In this document: piece by piece, positions 34,501 to 51,030 of the stretch | How positions within the stretch are numbered: position 1 is the first letter of the stretch | Layout: each line of letters opens with the position of its first letter | Source: the human T2T-CHM13v2.0 reference genome, Homo sapiens | Reading direction: 5' to 3' (one strand) | DNA length: 64,000 bases | Assembly: GCF_009914755.1 (NCBI RefSeq) | Contig: NC_060944.1 | Notes under the pieces: generated by a model | The model's database searches: none | Told to the model about the DNA's origin: nothing | What the model saw: the letters and a program-made list of their open reading frames with translations, nothing else | Position numbers and translations under genes: made by a program

Positions 34501-36200
34501 TATGTGTATTTAAAGCATAGGAAACATCCAAATGACTAATGTTGTTTACATTCTATTCTTTAAAATACACATCATACTAGATGAAAGCATAAAACAATAT
34601 CTTTAAATATTAAAGAAAAACAATCCTGTTTAAAAACCAGCCTCTTCCAGAGCCTAAGAGAGATACACTAGGCCCTTGAGGATGCTTGAGACTGTGCGCA
34701 AAAAAATTGGGGTCTTTGGTTACTCTATTGTAAAACAATCAGGTTGCATTCTGGCTTTTAGATTGTTTTAAGTGAAGTTTCACTACTTGCTTGTTACTTT
34801 TGTTTAACTTATTCCTTATAAATTGGGTTAAGTAGAAAATAGGAAGAGAAAGAGGAGCCCAAGGAAGGTGGTGATGGTAGGTAAAGCTGGGAACAGGCAC
34901 CCCCCTTCTGCCTCATCTCCACTTGCAGGGACACCAGTAATTCAACAAATGGTGGCTGCCGGCAACACCTCCGGTTGAGAAGCTTTCCTGGTTATGAACC
35001 TGAAACAGGCTTTTCTTAGGAGAAGAGCATACTTAATTACTGGAATCTCAATCACATGCGCTGAAAGAATAAATGACCAGCATGGGCAGATTTTGATTAA
35101 GACTTGTCAAGGGGGAAATGATTTTCTTAAGTTTGGGATTTTTAACTTTATAAGATAGTCTTCTTGTTGGCAAAATTCGTCAGTGTCTCTGGGGCTTTCA
35201 GGCTACAGGATTGTGTTAGAAACAGTCTGTGTGCCATCACCTTTTAGAATATGTCCATATTAAATGAGGCTCAAACAAAAAACATTTTGTTTCTATATAT
35301 CAAATAAAATAAAGAAAAGGTCCTTTGAAAGCTTGATCGAAACGTTAGGTTTTGTTACTGTCCTTTTCAAAGCACTATTATCATATTATTTCTTATTCGA
35401 TTCTCTTAGCAACCCGGGAGGTTGTCAGAGTAAACAATCTTCGTGTTATAGATGCGGGAGAAAATGCATAAAAGGCTAACTCATGCATGTAAACAATTGG
35501 TCAGAGAGTTTAGGATTCCTAGTCTGTTTTACTCAACCTTTCAGTGAGGGCGAGTATAGTTCCTAGCAGGTTGTATTCAAGCATCTCCTCCAGGATTCAT
35601 CTTGTACTAAAAGTTATGGAAAAAATCTCGATAAGCTCAATAAAATATCCAGAGAGGAGGCTTACTTAAGCACAATGCACCCCAAATCCTTACTTAAGAC
35701 TTTTGGGAAGGGATTCATTTTGCCTTTGTCATCAGGTACGTGCCAGAAGCATTTGTAAGTCTTGCCAGGAACTTGACTATTTTTGCTTTGTTTATTACCT
35801 GAGCTGGTTGTGCAGCTGTTGGTCTTAGAGAACCGTACTAGATCCCTGCGAGTGGGTGGCAATGTGATTCTGCAGACACAGATAATAATTCTAGACAATC
35901 GTAGGCTCCGTTTATTCCAGGGATGTGCCCTTCATTTACAGAAAGAAGCCTGAATCAGAGAATGGAAAACAACTATGACACAGCACAGCAGGAAACAAAA
36001 GAACGGGATTGGTTCTTATTCCCCCCACCCCCGCCCCACCCTGCTTAACTTTTAGACTACGTTGTCTTAAATGTAGACTTTGATCTAAATGTTGAGTCCC
36101 TTTTCATTACAACAGTAATTCAAAAGGCAGAATCTAGATATGCCTTTTGATGATCTGTTGGTCTTTGCTTAAGGGAAAACAAATAAAAGTAACCTGGGCC
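33050..36200. promoter_or_regulatory. Repeat-poor island, candidate enhancer cluster
   Basis: About 3 kb with no Alu; ETS (aggaagt, acttcctg), forkhead (tgtttac, gtaaaca) and TEAD-like (cattcc) motifs. Confidence 0.35.
34462..34508. repeat. (TG)n microsatellite
   Basis: Seen directly. Confidence 0.9.
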
Positions 36201-36225
36201 AAATGCAAAACATGCAAATTAGGAA

Positions 36226-36226
36226 T

Positions 36227-36296
<70 letters not shown>

Positions 36297-36303
36297 TGTG
36301 TGT
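36226..36303. repeat. (TC)n(TG)n compound microsatellite
   Basis: Seen directly. Confidence 0.95.
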
Positions 36304-36364
36304 AGCAAATAATGGGTTTCTAGCATGTGCAAAAGTGATGTAAAAATAACAACAATAATAATAA

Positions 36365-36520
36365 TCACAGCTCACATATATGTCAGGCACTATTTTAGGT
36401 GCTTTACATTGCTTTACAAGTATTAATTCATTTAGTGCTCACATCAGCCCTATGAGGTAGATGCTGTTATTATCCTCACCTTATAGTTGGGAAAACTGAG
36501 GCATAGAGGGGTGAAGAAAC
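36365..36520 (-). mobile_element. MIR
   Basis: tgtcaggcact...ccctatgaggtag...gaaaactgaggcataga. Confidence 0.85.
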
Positions 36521-36849
36521 TTATTGAAGTCTGGTAAGGAAGAAAAACTCAGTCGCCATCCTTGCCTTGGTGATACATGCAAACATACCCTTAGGCATGG
36601 ATTCATTCCATTTTAAGCTGGCTGCCACCAACACAAACCCATTTGAGAACTCTGTGCTAATTAGAAAAAGAGGATCTCCCTCCACAGCCCAGGGCAGGAG
36701 CTGCCTTTTTGGGTTGATGGCGTTGAAGGGGATCTTCAAGAGCTCTGCGTGGCAAGCGGAGGCAGGGCTAAAATGCAATGGACTCCTTTCTGTTGGCTGG
36801 GAGCCCTGGTGTGGGGCCATACTTCCTGTTTGTGGTGATGCTGTGGCTC

Positions 36850-37015
36850 CCACACACACTAGTTGTGAGACTTTGGGGAGGATCCTCAATGTCTTTGAGT
36901 CTCTGTGTCTCCATCTAAAAAACTGGCATGATGCTGCTGAGCTCACACAAAGGCTTGTGATGAGGATTAAAGGTTGAATTGTATATGAAGTACTTGGTAC
37001 ACAGGAAGCACCAAG
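36850..37015 (+). mobile_element. MIR
   Basis: tgtgagactttggg...tctttgagtctctg...ttgtgatgaggattaaa. Confidence 0.7.
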
Positions 37016-37448
37016 AAGGCAAAATTAAGCATGTGATAGAACCAGGCCAGAGTTTTTGGACTGGGTCATAAACTCCTTCATGGGAGTTTATTGGGGGGCA
37101 GAGTAGCCATTGGAGACTCATTAAAAAATACCATGGACTACATATCCCAGAAAAGGCACCGGGGTTTTTTTAGCAATGGATTATGTCTTCACTCAGTTTT
37201 TAGCATGGAAAGATGCTGGTGCTTGAATAAACTGTACCATTAAGCTATGTCCTTAATAAACTATCTTTCTCGAATTATGGTCTTGAGAGCCACGTATTGA
37301 AATAAACAGAGTGGATACCACTAAACTGGGGAATTGCTTTCAGAATGCCTCACTTGAGTCTAAATGGGCTTACAGATATTCTATGTGACGTTAATATGCC
37401 AGTGGGAAGTCACATGCCCCACATGTGCAATGAAGAATTGCCATTTAA

Positions 37449-38070
<622 letters not shown>

Positions 38071-39091
38071 TGGACACATTTCTTAGCTATGCTCTGCATT
38101 AGCTTTCTCATCTGTAAAATGGGATAATAACAGTTTCTCCTTCGTGGGCTTGTGAGGCTTACATAAGAAAGATCCATGTGAAATGTGTGGCACCATTAAT
38201 GGCAAATAATAAGTGCTCAAAAAATGCCAGCTAGCTTAGTTAATTGATTATTATTATTAAATGGTATATAAACCTAAAGGCAATATTGTCATTTTCAGAT
38301 TCTCTTAAATTCCTAAGTTTAACCCCACAGGAAACTATACTCAGTAGACACACAGTAATTTGTTGGCCTGTGTTGTTTCTCCTGCCTTCTTTGAGGATGC
38401 AGTATTTTTTCTTCTACCACTAGATGAGTGTAAAGTTTTGTTGCAGACTTGTACATCAGTGTCTGTCACTAGGAAGAAGCTCCAGGGCAGAAGATCAGTT
38501 GGCATCTTTAATTGCTTAAATTACTGGGACTGAAGCTCTTGGACGCCCAAAAGCCAAGGAGGAATTTTCCTGCTTGTCTTAGCATTTGGCTTGGCTTTGC
38601 TTTTTCCGCGTGCATCAAAGGCCAAGATCTAGTTTGAATGTGGAAAGTTGATGACAGTCAATAAAAGGATTTCTCTCCCCCGCTGCTTATTTGGTGAGTT
38701 AAATGCTTAGGTGATGCATCTCCAGTATATACCTTTCTATATGGTGAATGAGTTTTCCCCCTGAGTCCTGGAGAGCTGGCTGGATTAGCAAAGGTCACTT
38801 TCAGCTTTGCTGAGGTAGAACACCCACGCCCCTCTATGTAGCACATACTCCTGGGTGCCTCCCTGCGGGTTAGATTGCCTTGGCTGCCTGTAGCAAAAAC
38901 TACCAAATGGTGGGTTATTAAATAGGATTTTATTTATTTTTTCCTTGTAATATGTAGTCTTAGCTTGCAGGGCTATTGGGGCATTTTAAGGAAGTTATCA
39001 AGGACCCAAACTCCTCCCTTCCAGCTTCACTATCCTTTGTGTATTGCTCTCCACCTAATGGTTTTGTTTTTTTTAAAAAAATGTGATTATC

Positions 39092-39408
<317 letters not shown>

Positions 39409-39424
39409 TAAGATTATCTTTAAC

Positions 39425-39717
<293 letters not shown>

Positions 39718-40329
39718 TTAAGTTTGTTTTCAAAGTGCGTTTCAAACTTAAATAAACCCAGGCTCAGCAATGAAAGGATTCAGGTTATTACATTCTGATT
39801 GTCCAGGGAGCAGGCAGTGCGGCTGGCTCCCCGGGAGAATGCTGGATCGTTCATTCAGCGAGTGCGCATGCCTAGAAGACGATCTGCCAGCTGCACAGAC
39901 ACGCTGCCACTTGCTGTGCGTTCATCTCCGTCAGCGCATAGAGACCGGGAGCCACCTCCTGACTGAGGCACCAGACTCTCTCCGACCTTTCAAGATGACC
40001 TGCTAAAATACCATCTTGAGGATTTTCTACTGAGATTCCATAGAACCTTTCTATTTCAGTTCCCCCAGGCTCTACTGGGAGTATTATGATCATCCTTGAT
40101 GAAAGGAAGGGCAGCATTTTAATTCCTTCCTTCCTTCAACAAAACATGATTGGGCACCTACTGCATGCCAGGAACTGTGCTCCACAGTGCCTGTCTCAGG
40201 GCAATCCCTTTCTAGTAGGGGAGCTCATCAAATACTAATACGTAGAAAAATTAACTGATTTGTAAACCAATGCAGGATAGAATAGAATAGTTGATGTATT
40301 TATTTAATTACAGTTAACAAAATAATAGT

Positions 40330-40890
40330 ATTTATTAATACATGGCAACTCTTATGTAGTACTTATTACATGCTGGGTGGTGTCCTCAGCAGTTAATATA
40401 TTAATTCATTTTATGCTTTCCTATTTTGCAAATGAGGGAACTAGGAAACCAAAAGGTTAAGAGCATATATATATATACTTTTTTTTTTAGACGAAGTCTC
40501 ACTCTGTCACTCAGGCTGGAGTACAGTGGTGTGACCTCAGCTCACTGCAACCTCCGCCTCCAAGGTTCAAGTGATTCTCCTGCCTCAACCTCCTGAGTAG
40601 CTGGGATTACAGGTGCCTGCCACCATTCCTGGCTAATTTTTGTATTTTTAGTAGAGATGGGGTTTCACCATCTTGGCCAGGCTGGTCTTGAACTCCTGAC
40701 CTCAAGTGATCTGCCTGCCTCGGCCTCCAGAAGTACTGGGATTACAGGCATGAGCCACCATGCCTGGCCAGGTTAAGTATATTTTAAAAGTCCCACAGCT
40801 GGTGAAGTGCCCGGTGAATATGAAGGTCAGCCATTCGGATTTGAGAGTCCCCCTGGTAACCACACAGCACTTCTGTGCATGCTCTTTACC
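40330..40890 (-). mobile_element. MIR split by an Alu
   Basis: cctattttgcaaatgagggaact...aggttaag...cacagctggtgaagtg. Confidence 0.65.
40478..40769 (-). mobile_element. Alu (AluS)
   Basis: TSD aggttaag. Confidence 0.93.
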
Positions 40891-40899
40891 GATCTCCCA

Positions 40900-41190
40900 T
40901 AAAAGGTGGACGAGACAATGCAGAGAACTGACAGATTCCACAAAGGAACAAAAGGTGGGTAGTGATGTGGATCGGGACTGCTGGACTGGTAGGGACCACT
41001 TTATTGGGGCTGCCTGAGCAGAGACCCTAAGGATGAGAAGCGACCAGCAATCTGGGAAATGGCCCTTTCCACAGAGAGAACAGCAAATGCAGGAACCCCA
41101 GGCAGGGAAGAGCCTGGCACATTTCAGGGACAGAGAGAAGACTGCGTGACCAGGGCAAGCTGTGCCATGGAGACCGAGGGTCAGAAACGT
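40900..41190 (-). mobile_element. L2 fragment
   Basis: tgagcagagacc...ttccacagagagaacagcaaatgc...gagcctggcacatt. Confidence 0.6.
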
Positions 41191-41322
41191 AGGAGGGATA
41201 TCCAATATGACTTCAATTCAAATTCCATTCAAAAAAGAAAATTCCTCACCATCTGCTCAGGGTTTTGCAGGGGGCTTGAAGTGGCTGGCATTTGTCATAG
41301 AGCTCAAGAATATGTAGAAATC

Positions 41323-41630
41323 GTTTGTTTTGTTTTGTTTTGTTTTTTGAGATGGAGTCTCATTCTGTCGCCCAGGCTGGAGCGCAATGGTGCAATCTCG
41401 GCTCACTGCAAGCTCCGCCTCCCGGGGTCACGCCATTCTCCTGCCTCAGCCTCCCGAGTAGCTGGGACTGCAGTCGCCCGCCACCACGCCCGGCTAATTT
41501 TTTTGTGTTTTTAGTAGAGACGAGGTTTCACCATGTTGGCCAGGATGGCCTTGATCTCTTGACTTTGTAATTCACCCGTCTCGGCCTCCCAAAGTGCTGG
41601 GATTACAGGCGTGAGCCACTGCAACTGGCC
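41323..41630 (-). mobile_element. Alu (AluY/Sc-like)
   Basis: gcaagctccgcc...cacgccattctcc. Confidence 0.92.
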
Positions 41631-41632
41631 GG

Positions 41633-41933
41633 TTTTTTTTTTGTTTTTTTTTTTGAGACGGAGTCTCGCTGTCGCACAGGCTGGAGGGCAGTGGCGCGAT
41701 CTCGGCTCACGGCAGGTTCCGCCCCCCGGGGTTCACGCCTTTCTCCTGCCTCAGCCTCCCGAGTAGCTGGGACTACAGGCGCTCGCCACCTCGCCCGGCT
41801 AATTTTTTGTATTTTTAATAGAAACGGGGTTTCACCGTGTTAGCCAGGATGGTCTCGATCTCCTACCTCGTGATCCACCCGCCTCGGCCTCCCAAAATGC
41901 TGGGATTACAGGCATGAGCCACCGCTCCCGGCC
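41633..41933 (-). mobile_element. AluY
   Basis: CpG-rich; accgtgttagccaggatggtctcgatc; TSD aactggcc. Confidence 0.93.
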
Positions 41934-41942
41934 AACTGGCCA

Positions 41943-42120
41943 TTTTTTGTTGTTGTTGTATTTCAGCAGAGTCACAGTTTTTTTTTTTTTTTTTTTTTTT
42001 AGTAGAGACAGGGTCTCACCATGTTGCCCAGGGTGGTCTCGAACTCCTGAACTCAGGCAATCTGCCCTCCTCAGCCTCCCAAAGTGCTAGGATTACAGGA
42101 GTGAGCCACCGTGCCCGGCC
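41943..42120 (-). mobile_element. Alu left monomer
   Basis: Left arm plus T-rich linker. Confidence 0.85.
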
Positions 42121-42760
42121 AAGAATATGTAGAAATCTTGAACATCATTCCGTGTCATTTGAAAGCCTTTAAGCATTTCAGAATCTTTGCTTCCTTAGTA
42201 AGTGTCCAAACATAATTGAGTATCTCTGTAATGATTGGTGGTCTGACCAGAGCAACAGCTCTGGGTCCAATGACGCAGGTTGAGTTCCGTGAACTTGCAG
42301 CAGTTTGAGCTGCACTTATGTGAACCTCAAGACTTCCCCAAAGTGGAGTTTCTTTGGTTGTGGTTTAAAAATAAATTTTAAATATTAGGTTATTTTCTTG
42401 TGATTTACATTATTTCTAAAAATGGGGCACAAGGCCAAAAATAAGAAAGAGAAGAAGGTAGGCTTTGTATAACCTGTTTCCAGTGAATCGAGATTTCACT
42501 GTCATTTGTATTTGCCTCCACAGAGGAGACTCTTGGAGGAACCATGGATTTGGCAGGTAAATAAAAGGGTCGAGTTGAGGGAAAATATTCATAGCCCAGT
42601 CAAATATTTTGCAACAAAAATGAATGCAATGGCACCACTTGGAATTGATACATTCGCTTCATAGTCTGAGCAGAACAATCGTAGCACATTGGCAAACCTG
42701 ATAGTTAAGGCATATTGGACTCCAATTGCTCACTGTTAGGGGCAAGGGAAGCCCATTTGA

Positions 42761-43064
<304 letters not shown>

Positions 43065-43139
43065 TGATTGCTTTTTAAAGGCAAACACTCAGAGCTTTTC
43101 ACAGAATATTAATGAAGAGGAGAAATGAAGAGTTCAGGC

Positions 43140-43640
43140 ACCCTGGGTTAGAATCCCCAAATTCCTAATTCCTTGAAGTGTGATATTAATGTCCCTGAGC
43201 CTCAACTTCCTCATCTGTAAAATGTGCATAAAAACAGTACCTACTGGCTGGGCATGGTGGCTCACGGCTGTAATCCCAGTACTTTGGGAGGTCGAGGCGG
43301 GTGGATCATCTGAGGTCAGGAGTTCAAGACTAGCCTGGCCAAGATGGTGAAACCCCGTCTCTACTAAAAATACAAAAATTAGCTGGGCATAGTAGCAGGC
43401 GCCTGTAATCCTACTCAGGAGGCTGAGGCAGAGAATCACTTGAACCTGGGAGTCAGAAGTTTGCAGTGAGCTGAGATCATGCCACTGCACTCCAGCCTGG
43501 ATGACAGAGTGAGACTGTCTCAAAAAAAAAAAAAAAAAAAAAAAAAAGTACCTACTTTGCAGGGCTGTCTTGAGGATAATGATTACATTGATGTAAAGAA
43601 GTTAGTTCAGGGCCTGGTGTGAGTAAAGCCTCAGTTAACA
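43140..43640 (+). mobile_element. MIR split by an Alu
   Basis: ctgagcctcaacttcctcatctgtaaaatg. Confidence 0.75.
43246..43547 (+). mobile_element. Alu (AluS)
   Basis: TSD agtacctact. Confidence 0.93.
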
Positions 43641-43759
43641 CTTCTATTTGCTTCTGTTCCCATCATATCCTTCCCAGCCCTTAGTCTGTGACCCCAGTGC
43701 TACTATACTATGGCACATCATTGGGTGGCCTCAGAAGGCAGTAGGATGAATATCACTAG

Positions 43760-44098
<339 letters not shown>

Positions 44099-44135
44099 GA
44101 GAACCTTCTCCTTACAAGGAGCTTTTGCTCTATGG

Positions 44136-44348
44136 CAGGGTTTCTATTATATTCAAATTCTGGGAGAGGCCATCCTTTGTTGAGGGGCCATCCTGTGCAC
44201 TGTAGGATGTTAAACAGCTTCTCTGGCCTCTGCTCATTACATACTAGTAACACGTACCCCATGTTCCAGGAGGCGACAGAAAAACATGCCTTTGACCTTT
44301 GCCCAGTGTTTCTCTCAAGGCAAACTCACCCCTGGGTGAGAATCTCTG
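44136..44348. mobile_element. MER20 hAT-Charlie
   Basis: tcctgtgcactgtaggatgtt...tggcctct...tcacccctgggtgagaatctctg. Confidence 0.8.
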
Positions 44349-44407
44349 GTTTATAGACATGTGCCTGAATGGGAAAATGGGTCAAATGTTAGTGCCCACC
44401 TTTGTCC

Positions 44408-45005
<598 letters not shown>

Positions 45006-45092
45006 CAAACTCTTCAAAAATATATGCTTGGTCAACCTTTGAGATTCTTTTAGAGTGTTCAGGATTGGAGAAGAGATATGCATCTTTACTGA

Positions 45093-45424
<332 letters not shown>

Positions 45425-45509
45425 TGAACTTGATTCTCATAAAGTATTGCTACCTTCATGATGCTGTAGGAGCTGGCTCTTTCTTGAGGGTAAGCCACAA
45501 TCTCATCCA

Positions 45510-45900
45510 CCACAGGTTAGCTACATTGGCTGCTTTCTGATTCTCAAACACAAGCCCTTGTCTACCTCAAGACCTTGGCACTTACTGTCCCTGTGTCTGG
45601 AATGTCACCTCTGCAGACTACCTGTTACTGCCTGACCTCCTTGAATTTCTGTACCTACATGATTTTTTCAGGAAGGACCTCCTCTACCCCCTCTCCACCC
45701 CTAGTTATTCTCTTTTTCACGATCTGGTTTTATTCTTCATAGCACTCACCCAAACCCAATTTATTGTTATTTTTTAGATTGTATATTGCCTACCTGCCCC
45801 TAAAAACATAACCTTCTTGTCAAACATGTTCATCTGTGTATCCGCAGTGCCCTAGCCCAATATCTTGCCTACAATCGGTGCCAAATAAGTAGTCTCTGAA
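45510..45900 (+). mobile_element. L2 3' region
   Basis: cctcaagaccttggcactt...ctggaatg...tgtgtatccgcagtgcc. Confidence 0.7.
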
Positions 45901-46985
45901 TTTGCTGTTGACTTGGTGAATTTATAAACAGGTAATCAACATTTGGTTGCAGTCATCTTTGATTTGTAGGCAACTGAATTTTATTTCCAATTGCCAAAAG
46001 TTGTCTTTATTTGGGATGACAGCACCAAAACCTTTGCTGTCTTGTGCACCATGAATATGAAGCCGAGATGTCAGGTGATACCAGATAAAGAATACGTCAT
46101 GGCAGCTCTTTAAACATGTAAACATATTAAACATTCAGGGCATCAGCCCCTGGCTCGTGGAGAATTCCATCCTTTAGCACATGACAAGTTGGGGTTTACA
46201 GTCAAAGTCCACTTAGCAAATGTTTGTTCTACAACGTGCTTTCCTTTTGTTTCCTGTAAGTATGGCTTCATGCCCTGCCAGGATCTGAGGTCATAGAAAC
46301 ACGAGGAGACGATTAACATATCAATGGAGGGGTCTCTTTGGAATCCAGAATTTGGAATGATATTTGCATCTTGAGCTCAGAAGCCGTGCAGGCGAGCCTG
46401 CTTATTGATTGCCTTTAATTTCCCCTTAAAACAGTGTCTTTTTCTGAAGAAAAGATTAATAGAGGAGGGCTCAGTTTGTCGCGTGATTTATGCTCAAGTC
46501 CTGCCTCCTTTGCATTCAGAAGCGCATTGCAAGCTCGTCCCCACCCCTGAGATGTTTGGATTCAGTTTCTCAAGAAAAATAGCTGCTGGTCACCAAAGCT
46601 TACAGCTTAATTGAATTTGTCTTTGTCCACTTAATCTTCATGCTTACAAAAAGTGGGGGTGGGAGGATTTATACAGAAGAGATGTACCTAAAATATACAC
46701 GCGATCATTAGGAGGGTGGGCTGAAGAAAGAGATATAAAATGAAAATGAGGGTGCCACTTAGTCTATGCTGCACTTCTCTTTGCTTAAGGCATTGATAAA
46801 TACACTAGTATCTCCCCAGTATAAACATGAGAACCTAAGAAGTAAATTGTATTGTACCAACTCTGAGCTGTTCCATCATTTTTGTTTTGGCTAAAAATTT
46901 GTTTTTTTTCTTTGAGGGAAGAAAAAGACACAAAAGGAAAGTGAAGATTTCTGTGTTACATAAAGTTTGGGACCTCTTTCTATAA

Positions 46986-47698
<713 letters not shown>

Positions 47699-47714
47699 TA
47701 AACTTGACTCCAAC

Positions 47715-48326
<612 letters not shown>

Positions 48327-48917
48327 TTGACTCCAGAATTCTGAAAGAGGCCCTATTATGTTATTCCCATACACACAAGGCTTAGAGAAGTAAAGGAAGC
48401 TGCCGAAGTTTGTCCCGTGGCAGACCCAGATTTTGAAGCTGGGCGTATTAGACTTGAAAATCGAAGACTGCAGTCCTACCAAGAGAAGGACGTTCATTTG
48501 GATTTGCTTCTGTCTACATTTATTTCTCCAGCATGGTGGATGGAGGAGGCATGAACTTCCCAGTTACTCAGCCTTGAGCTTCTTGTCTTAAGTCTGCCTC
48601 CAAGACTTAACCAGCGGGCCGTATCATCTACCATGGCCAAGTAAGATTACTGCAGACTGTGCTCTTCAAATCTGTAGCCTTTTGTTATTCTACACGGTCA
48701 CTTTTAGTCTGACTTAAGATGCTTGAGTGACACAAGGAGCAGAGAGGGAAGCTAGGTCGGTAAGAATCTAAGTGTGACCCCGATGCACCATAAGATCCCC
48801 CCTCGTGCCAACCAACAAGATTAACATCCAAGGTACTAATAAATGGAACGGCACCCCCCAAGGTGTAACTCCTTGAGAAGTTAACAATTATATTTTTATC
48901 CTAAGTAAACCCAATGA

Positions 48918-49239
48918 TGCTGGGCGAGGTGGCTCATGCCTGTAATCCCAGCACTTTGGGAGGCTGAGGCGGGCAGATCACGAGGTCAGGAGTTCGAGAC
49001 CAGCCTGGCCAACATAGTGAAACCTCGTCTCTACTAAAAATACAACAAATTAGCCGGGCGTGGTGGTGGGCACCTGTAATCCCAGCTACTCAGGAGGCTG
49101 AGGCAGGAGAGTTGCTTGAACCCGGGAGGTGGAGGTTGCAGTCAGCCGAGATTGCGCCATTGCACTCCAGCCCAGGCGAGAGTGTGAGACTCCATCTCAA
49201 AAAAATAAATGAATAAATAAATAAATAAAATAAAATAAA
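48918..49239 (+). mobile_element. Alu (AluSg-like)
   Basis: TSD taaacccaatg. Confidence 0.93.
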
Positions 49240-49324
49240 CCCAATGGTGCTGAAGGTTGGAAGCTGAGTGTGTGGGAAGTAACCATTTGAGTGTTTCCGA
49301 GTTTCTTTCTTTGATGGCGGACAT

Positions 49325-49710
49325 AGCGATGGACTGAATGTTTGTTTTCCCTCCAAATTCATCTGTTGAAATCTTAATCCCTAATGTGTTGGTATTTGAA
49401 GGTGGGGATCTTTGGGAGGTGGTGAGGTCATGAGAGTGGAGCCCTCATGCGTGGGATTAGTGCCCTTATAAAGGCAATCCCAGGGAACTTTCCCTTTCTG
49501 CCACGTTGGCAGTCTGCAGCCTGGAAGCCGGCTGTCACCAGAGCCTGATGGTAGTACCCAGAGGTCAGTGGGAGTCAGAGATCAGGATACCAGATGCTGA
49601 CATTCTGTTCTCTGACTTCCAGCTTCTAGAACTGGGAGAAATCAATGTCTGTTGCTCTAAGCTACCCAGTCTATGGTATTTTGTTACGGTAGCCCAAAGG
49701 GACTAAGACA
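49325..49710 (+). mobile_element. MLT1A/MLT1A0-like solo LTR
   Basis: atggactgaatgtttg...ccagtctatggtattttgtt...gactaagaca; 5-bp TSD gacat. Confidence 0.88.
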
Positions 49711-50499
49711 GACATGTAGAATGATTTTGGCCTAGTGATCAAAATTGTGCTAGGATTAAGTTTCTGGAAGAAAGAAATTTTGAAAGAAAAAAGTGAAAGT
49801 GCTTGCTTTCTAGTTTGGAACCATGATTTCGGATTCCCTGGTCCTATGGCTCTTTGCACTTCCCCTACACCTTTCCAATGATTGCTTCATTTACTCAAAC
49901 CAAAACCAAAACCAAAACCAAAACAAGCCCCAAGTCCCCCAAACCTGTTAAAAGATACCAGTGGAGCATTGGCTATGTGCAAACTCTGTGACAGACACCG
50001 GGAATGAGACACCAAGGCAGATAAAAGTCTTACAATCTAATCAAATGGAAGCACACACCAAAGAAATACTTTCACAACTAATCATTTAATTACCATGCTT
50101 TCCCCACAAAACATTTTATTACTATAATTGATATTTTTCTTACCATTTTTGGCAACATTAATCAAATAATAAATTTCATCTGGAAGAACAAGCCAGCAAA
50201 ATAGACAAGGAAATTCACAAAGGTAATAACAAAATAGTAATCTTGACATATTCAATATATTTGTAAGCAAAGCAAAGTGACATTGCCTTAAAATATAGAG
50301 AGGTATCAACAGAAAAACAGAGAAAACTCCTGAAAGAGTTCAACTCATTATATAAATTTTAATTTGGTTGCAGTTAATCACCATTTTCAATTTGCTGTGA
50401 AGAGAAATATACATGGGATGCAATGAGACTATGTCTGAGTTGCATCCAAACTTCTAACCTACCCCGTCTACTTGTGATTTCTTTTCCATTTGCCTCACT

Positions 50500-50760
50500 G
50501 TAGTGTATTGGCTAAACATGTAGACAGGTAGATCTGACTACAGGGTTTCATATCTGGTTTTGGCCCTTCGTGGATGTGTAACCTTAGCTAAGTTACTGAA
50601 CCTACCTGAGCCCTAGGTCCCTCAGCTGTCGAGTGAAAATAATAGAAGTACCTACTCCTAGGCTTATCATGAAAATCAGATGAGATGATCTGAGTGAAAG
50701 CACTTAGCCTTGGAATGGAGCACACAGCAGGTGCTCAATTAAGGCTAGTTGTTATTATTA
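50500..50760 (+). mobile_element. MIR
   Basis: gtaaccttagctaagttactgaacct...tgaaagcacttagc...ggtgctcaat. Confidence 0.8.
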
Positions 50761-50849
50761 GTCTCTGAAAGTGATCTCTACATTGTTCTCTCCCCCATGC
50801 CGGGAGGCACTGAATTAACTTACTCAAGATGCGACAAGGAACATAGTTT

Positions 50850-51030
50850 GGAGACTGACTTAGCACTGACCTGCCCCTGTCAGAGCCTGGACATTGTTCA
50901 ATAGCTGTGCATTTTGGGGCAAGCCACACACCCCCCTGGGAGACCCCATTGCCCTCATCTACAAAAGGAAGATGATAAATCCCTTTGACAATTAGAGTTA
51001 ATAAGTAGAAAACACTTAGCTCAGGAAATG
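50850..51030 (+). mobile_element. MIR
   Basis: tagctgtg...ttggggcaagcc...cctcatctacaaaa. Confidence 0.6.

Noticed and set aside
36521-36977. Overlapping 136-141 aa ORFs on both strands
   Set aside because: No recognisable domain, partly MIR-derived, and of a length expected by chance.
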